Below, piece after piece: positions 61,809 through 64,000 of a stretch of DNA of 64,000 bases. Source of the stretch: Clostridiales bacterium. GTDB lineage: Bacteria > Bacillota > Clostridia > Christensenellales > UBA1242. The notes beneath the pieces are model-generated. The model ran no database searches, was not told where the DNA came from, and saw only the letters and a program-made list of their open reading frames with translations. The stretch is from NCBI GenBank assembly GCA_015069325.1, contig SVIV01000002.1, positions 97,886 through 161,885 of the forward strand, read 5' to 3'. How positions within the stretch are numbered: position 1 is the first letter of the stretch; each line of letters starts with the position of its first letter. A program made the translations under genes and the position numbers.

Positions 61809-62987
61809 TTAATTTGCAAATGGATTTGTCACTGTAGATTTAATGCCTGAAATTTTTGCCTGTCCACATGGCTTATCACAAATAAGTTCAGCGTATTTTA
61901 CAAGCGTCGCACTATATGTAGGATATCCTTGATTTTGCTTTAAGATTCTTCCATCTTCACCTTCAAGCCACTTCCAGTCGCAAAGTTCGTGAAGAGTAAA
62001 ATCGTTTGTATTAAGAAGATACATTGCGTCATCATCAACAAATCTGTCAGCAACAACAGGAATACCATTATGAGTAATAGTTTTATATCCACCTTCAAGT
62101 TCAGCGATATCAACATTTCTTCTATATGCACCCAAGTATTCTTGATATGCTCTACGCACCTTGCTTGAGCAAGAAATAAAGTTGATTTGAGAATCTGTAT
62201 TCATATCAAGAAAATCAATTGCTTCTTGAATTAAGATATCTGAAACCTCTGTAGCAGTTGCGCTTACATAAGGTTTAAGCCAAGGATATGCTGATTTTGA
62301 CACTCCATAAATTTCACTTTGACTTTCATCAAAGATTCTGCCAAGACCAGAAATTTCAAAATCTTTTGACCCTTGAACATAAAGTTTATCACCTGCAGTT
62401 ACAGTTGCGTTTCCTGAGAAAATAAATGTTTTATTTACTCTGTCAACATATTCCACTTTAATTGGAGATGCACTTGTTTTATTTTCTGCAGTATAAACAT
62501 CAATAAGCATTCCTTCAATTAAATTGTTAACTTTATCACAACTAACTGTTTTTCCATCAACAGAAGATACTGTAGCGATTAAGCCTGTGCCATCACCATA
62601 AATCATTCTTCCTAAGTTGAAAGCACTTGCCTTAACAAGACCTTCCATTTCGTCAGATAAAAGATTTACAAATGCACCTGCATTGCTGCTTGATGCACGA
62701 ACAGCTTTATCTGAAATTTCAATTTTTCCATACAAGTTTTTAAGTTCACTTACAAATTGAACATAACCATTTCCACTAGCAGTTGGGAGAGCTCCCGTTT
62801 CACTTCCAGCACCAACCCCGCCATTGATACCAAATGGAGCAAGTTTTCTAATTTCTTTTCCCCAAACATCTTTGTTTGAACGTTTTATTTTCGCCAAAAG
62901 TGGATTTGCATTTACATTGAGTTGATTCGCAACAACACCAAGGTAAACATCTTTAAGTGCACTTTCAGCAGTTTTTAATGTAACCAT
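61809..62987 (-). CDS. Phage major capsid protein (HK97-like)
   Basis: 392 aa after a scaffold gene; E.GALP, LYG.I.IS, GDGTG, GIPVVAD, Y.ELIC..P..Q; strong AAGGAG SD. Confidence 0.75.
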   Translation of the reverse strand: MVTLKTAESALKDVYLGVVANQLNVNANPLLAKIKRSNKDVWGKEIRKLAPFGINGGVGAGSETGALPTASGNGYVQFVSELKNLYGKIEISDKAVRASSSNAGAFVNLLSDEMEGLVKASAFNLGRMIYGDGTGLIATVSSVDGKTVSCDKVNNLIEGMLIDVYTAENKTSASPIKVEYVDRVNKTFIFSGNATVTAGDKLYVQGSKDFEISGLGRIFDESQSEIYGVSKSAYPWLKPYVSATATEVSDILIQEAIDFLDMNTDSQINFISCSSKVRRAYQEYLGAYRRNVDIAELEGGYKTITHNGIPVVADRFVDDDAMYLLNTNDFTLHELCDWKWLEGEDGRILKQNQGYPTYSATLVKYAELICDKPCGQAKISGIKSTVTNPFAN

Positions 62988-63066
62988 TTTTTCTCCTTTT
63001 TTATTAAAAATATCATTTTTTGCTATTTTTATTTGAAAAAAATGTAGAATTGAATTAATTATCTGT

Positions 63067-63708
63067 TTAGCTAAACATTTTATCCACTAAACTCTTCGCT
63101 TCGGCAAGGGTTTTAGGCTTGTCAGGTTTTACACTCGACAACCTTTCACCCCCGCTTGACGACATAACAATAGGTGGCTTCAAATTCTTCAAATCAATGA
63201 GATAATTTTCAATAATTTTGTTTTTTACATTTTCATCAGATAATACATATTGATTGATAATCGGGTCGCTTAACTTATCACCTTCTTTCAAGTGATTCAA
63301 AACTACTTCAGCCCACGCAACCTGATATGGACTGCAATCTTTAGATGAAGAAGACGAAAATTTATTCAATATCTCTTCTTCATACATTTTAGCTTCATCA
63401 TTATTTTCAAGGAACAGCTTAAACACCTCTTGATTAAACCCATTTTCTTTTTCTTCTTTTTCCACAAACTCATCTTTTTGTTCAACTTCGGCTTGCTCTG
63501 TTTTATCTTTTTGATATTGACTTAGCTGTTGACATTTCCTTGTAAACTCACTTTGCAAATTCTCATATGCGTCCATAAGAGCTTGCACACTTTTAAATTT
63601 TCCAAGTTCTGCCATTTGAGAGCCGGCCGCATCAACAACTTCACTTTCTTGCACCTGCTCAAAATCAGATGCCGACACTTCAACCGGTTGTTCTCTATTT
63701 TCTTCCAT
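63067..63708 (-). CDS. Putative capsid scaffolding protein
   Basis: Acidic N-terminus, GKFKS...L..AY.NLQ.EFTRK, coiled coil, C-terminal PKTL.EA. Confidence 0.65.
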   Translation of the reverse strand: MEENREQPVEVSASDFEQVQESEVVDAAGSQMAELGKFKSVQALMDAYENLQSEFTRKCQQLSQYQKDKTEQAEVEQKDEFVEKEEKENGFNQEVFKLFLENNDEAKMYEEEILNKFSSSSSKDCSPYQVAWAEVVLNHLKEGDKLSDPIINQYVLSDENVKNKIIENYLIDLKNLKPPIVMSSSGGERLSSVKPDKPKTLAEAKSLVDKMFS

Positions 63709-63710
63709 AT

Positions 63711-64000
63711 CTATACCCCCATTTTTTTATGTTCATTAATATGATTTAAAAATCTTTGTTCTGCATTTTTATCCGCTTGACTCACATTTTCAAAATCTTG
63801 ACCAAGCATAAACGCAATATGCTCGTTGATATGCAGAGAGTGATTATCTATTTCGCTTACATAAACTTCAATATTATTTAATAATTTCAAGTTTTCTTTT
63901 CCTGCCTTTTTAATGTGAAGTTCATTTACATCTTGCGCATTTTCCCAAGTTCCCATTCCAAGCATTTCAACAATTTTCGTTTTCATCTTATTTGACAAGT
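63711..64000 (-). CDS. Probable C-terminus of a portal protein (5' part outside window)
   Basis: Frame open to near the window edge; DNH..HI.EH...HI.EH motifs; position directly before the scaffold gene. Confidence 0.5.
   Translation of the reverse strand, partial: LSNKMKTKIVEMLGMGTWENAQDVNELHIKKAGKENLKLLNNIEVYVSEIDNHSLHINEHIAFMLGQDFENVSQADKNAEQRFLNHINEHKKMGV

Noticed and set aside
61809-62987. Encapsulin nanocompartment
   Set aside because: Scaffold, portal-like and adaptor/nozzle-like neighbours indicate a virion-type head, and no cargo enzyme is adjacent

Overview
Low-GC chromosomal window from what looks like a spore-forming Clostridia-type Firmicute (spoIVA, yqfC/yqfD, prp, sepF), with most genes on the minus strand. 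Housekeeping content: tdk, rnr, thyX-like, murC/murB, era-ybeY, rplU-prp-rpmA, rluD-lspA-sepF, the str operon (rpsL-rpsG-fusA-tuf), pcrA-ligA, der-plsY, comEC-holA and tRNA-Thr(GGT). Two accessory systems stand out. (1) A SipW-like signal peptidase with a histone-H1-like tail sits beside four tandem ~190-aa paralogues sharing an N-terminal signal and putative donor strand. A fifth paralogue 5.4 kb away is fused to a BspA-like LRR domain. This is a candidate TasA/ABP-like fibre system, located where gpsA normally lies. (2) A minimal podovirus-like head module (portal end, scaffold, capsid, adaptor, nozzle, two holin-like genes) runs into chromosomal genes near comEC, with no tail fibre, ejection protein, endolysin or integrase visible. 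It is a candidate domesticated particle or GTA, but is cut by the window edge. Also notable: a Bacteroides-type serine palmitoyltransferase-like gene, an XRE + pseudo-synthetase RSH operon divergent from a HipA-like kinase, a Cys-rich peptide and several leaderless-looking genes. All family calls come from motif recognition by eye; no database searches were run.
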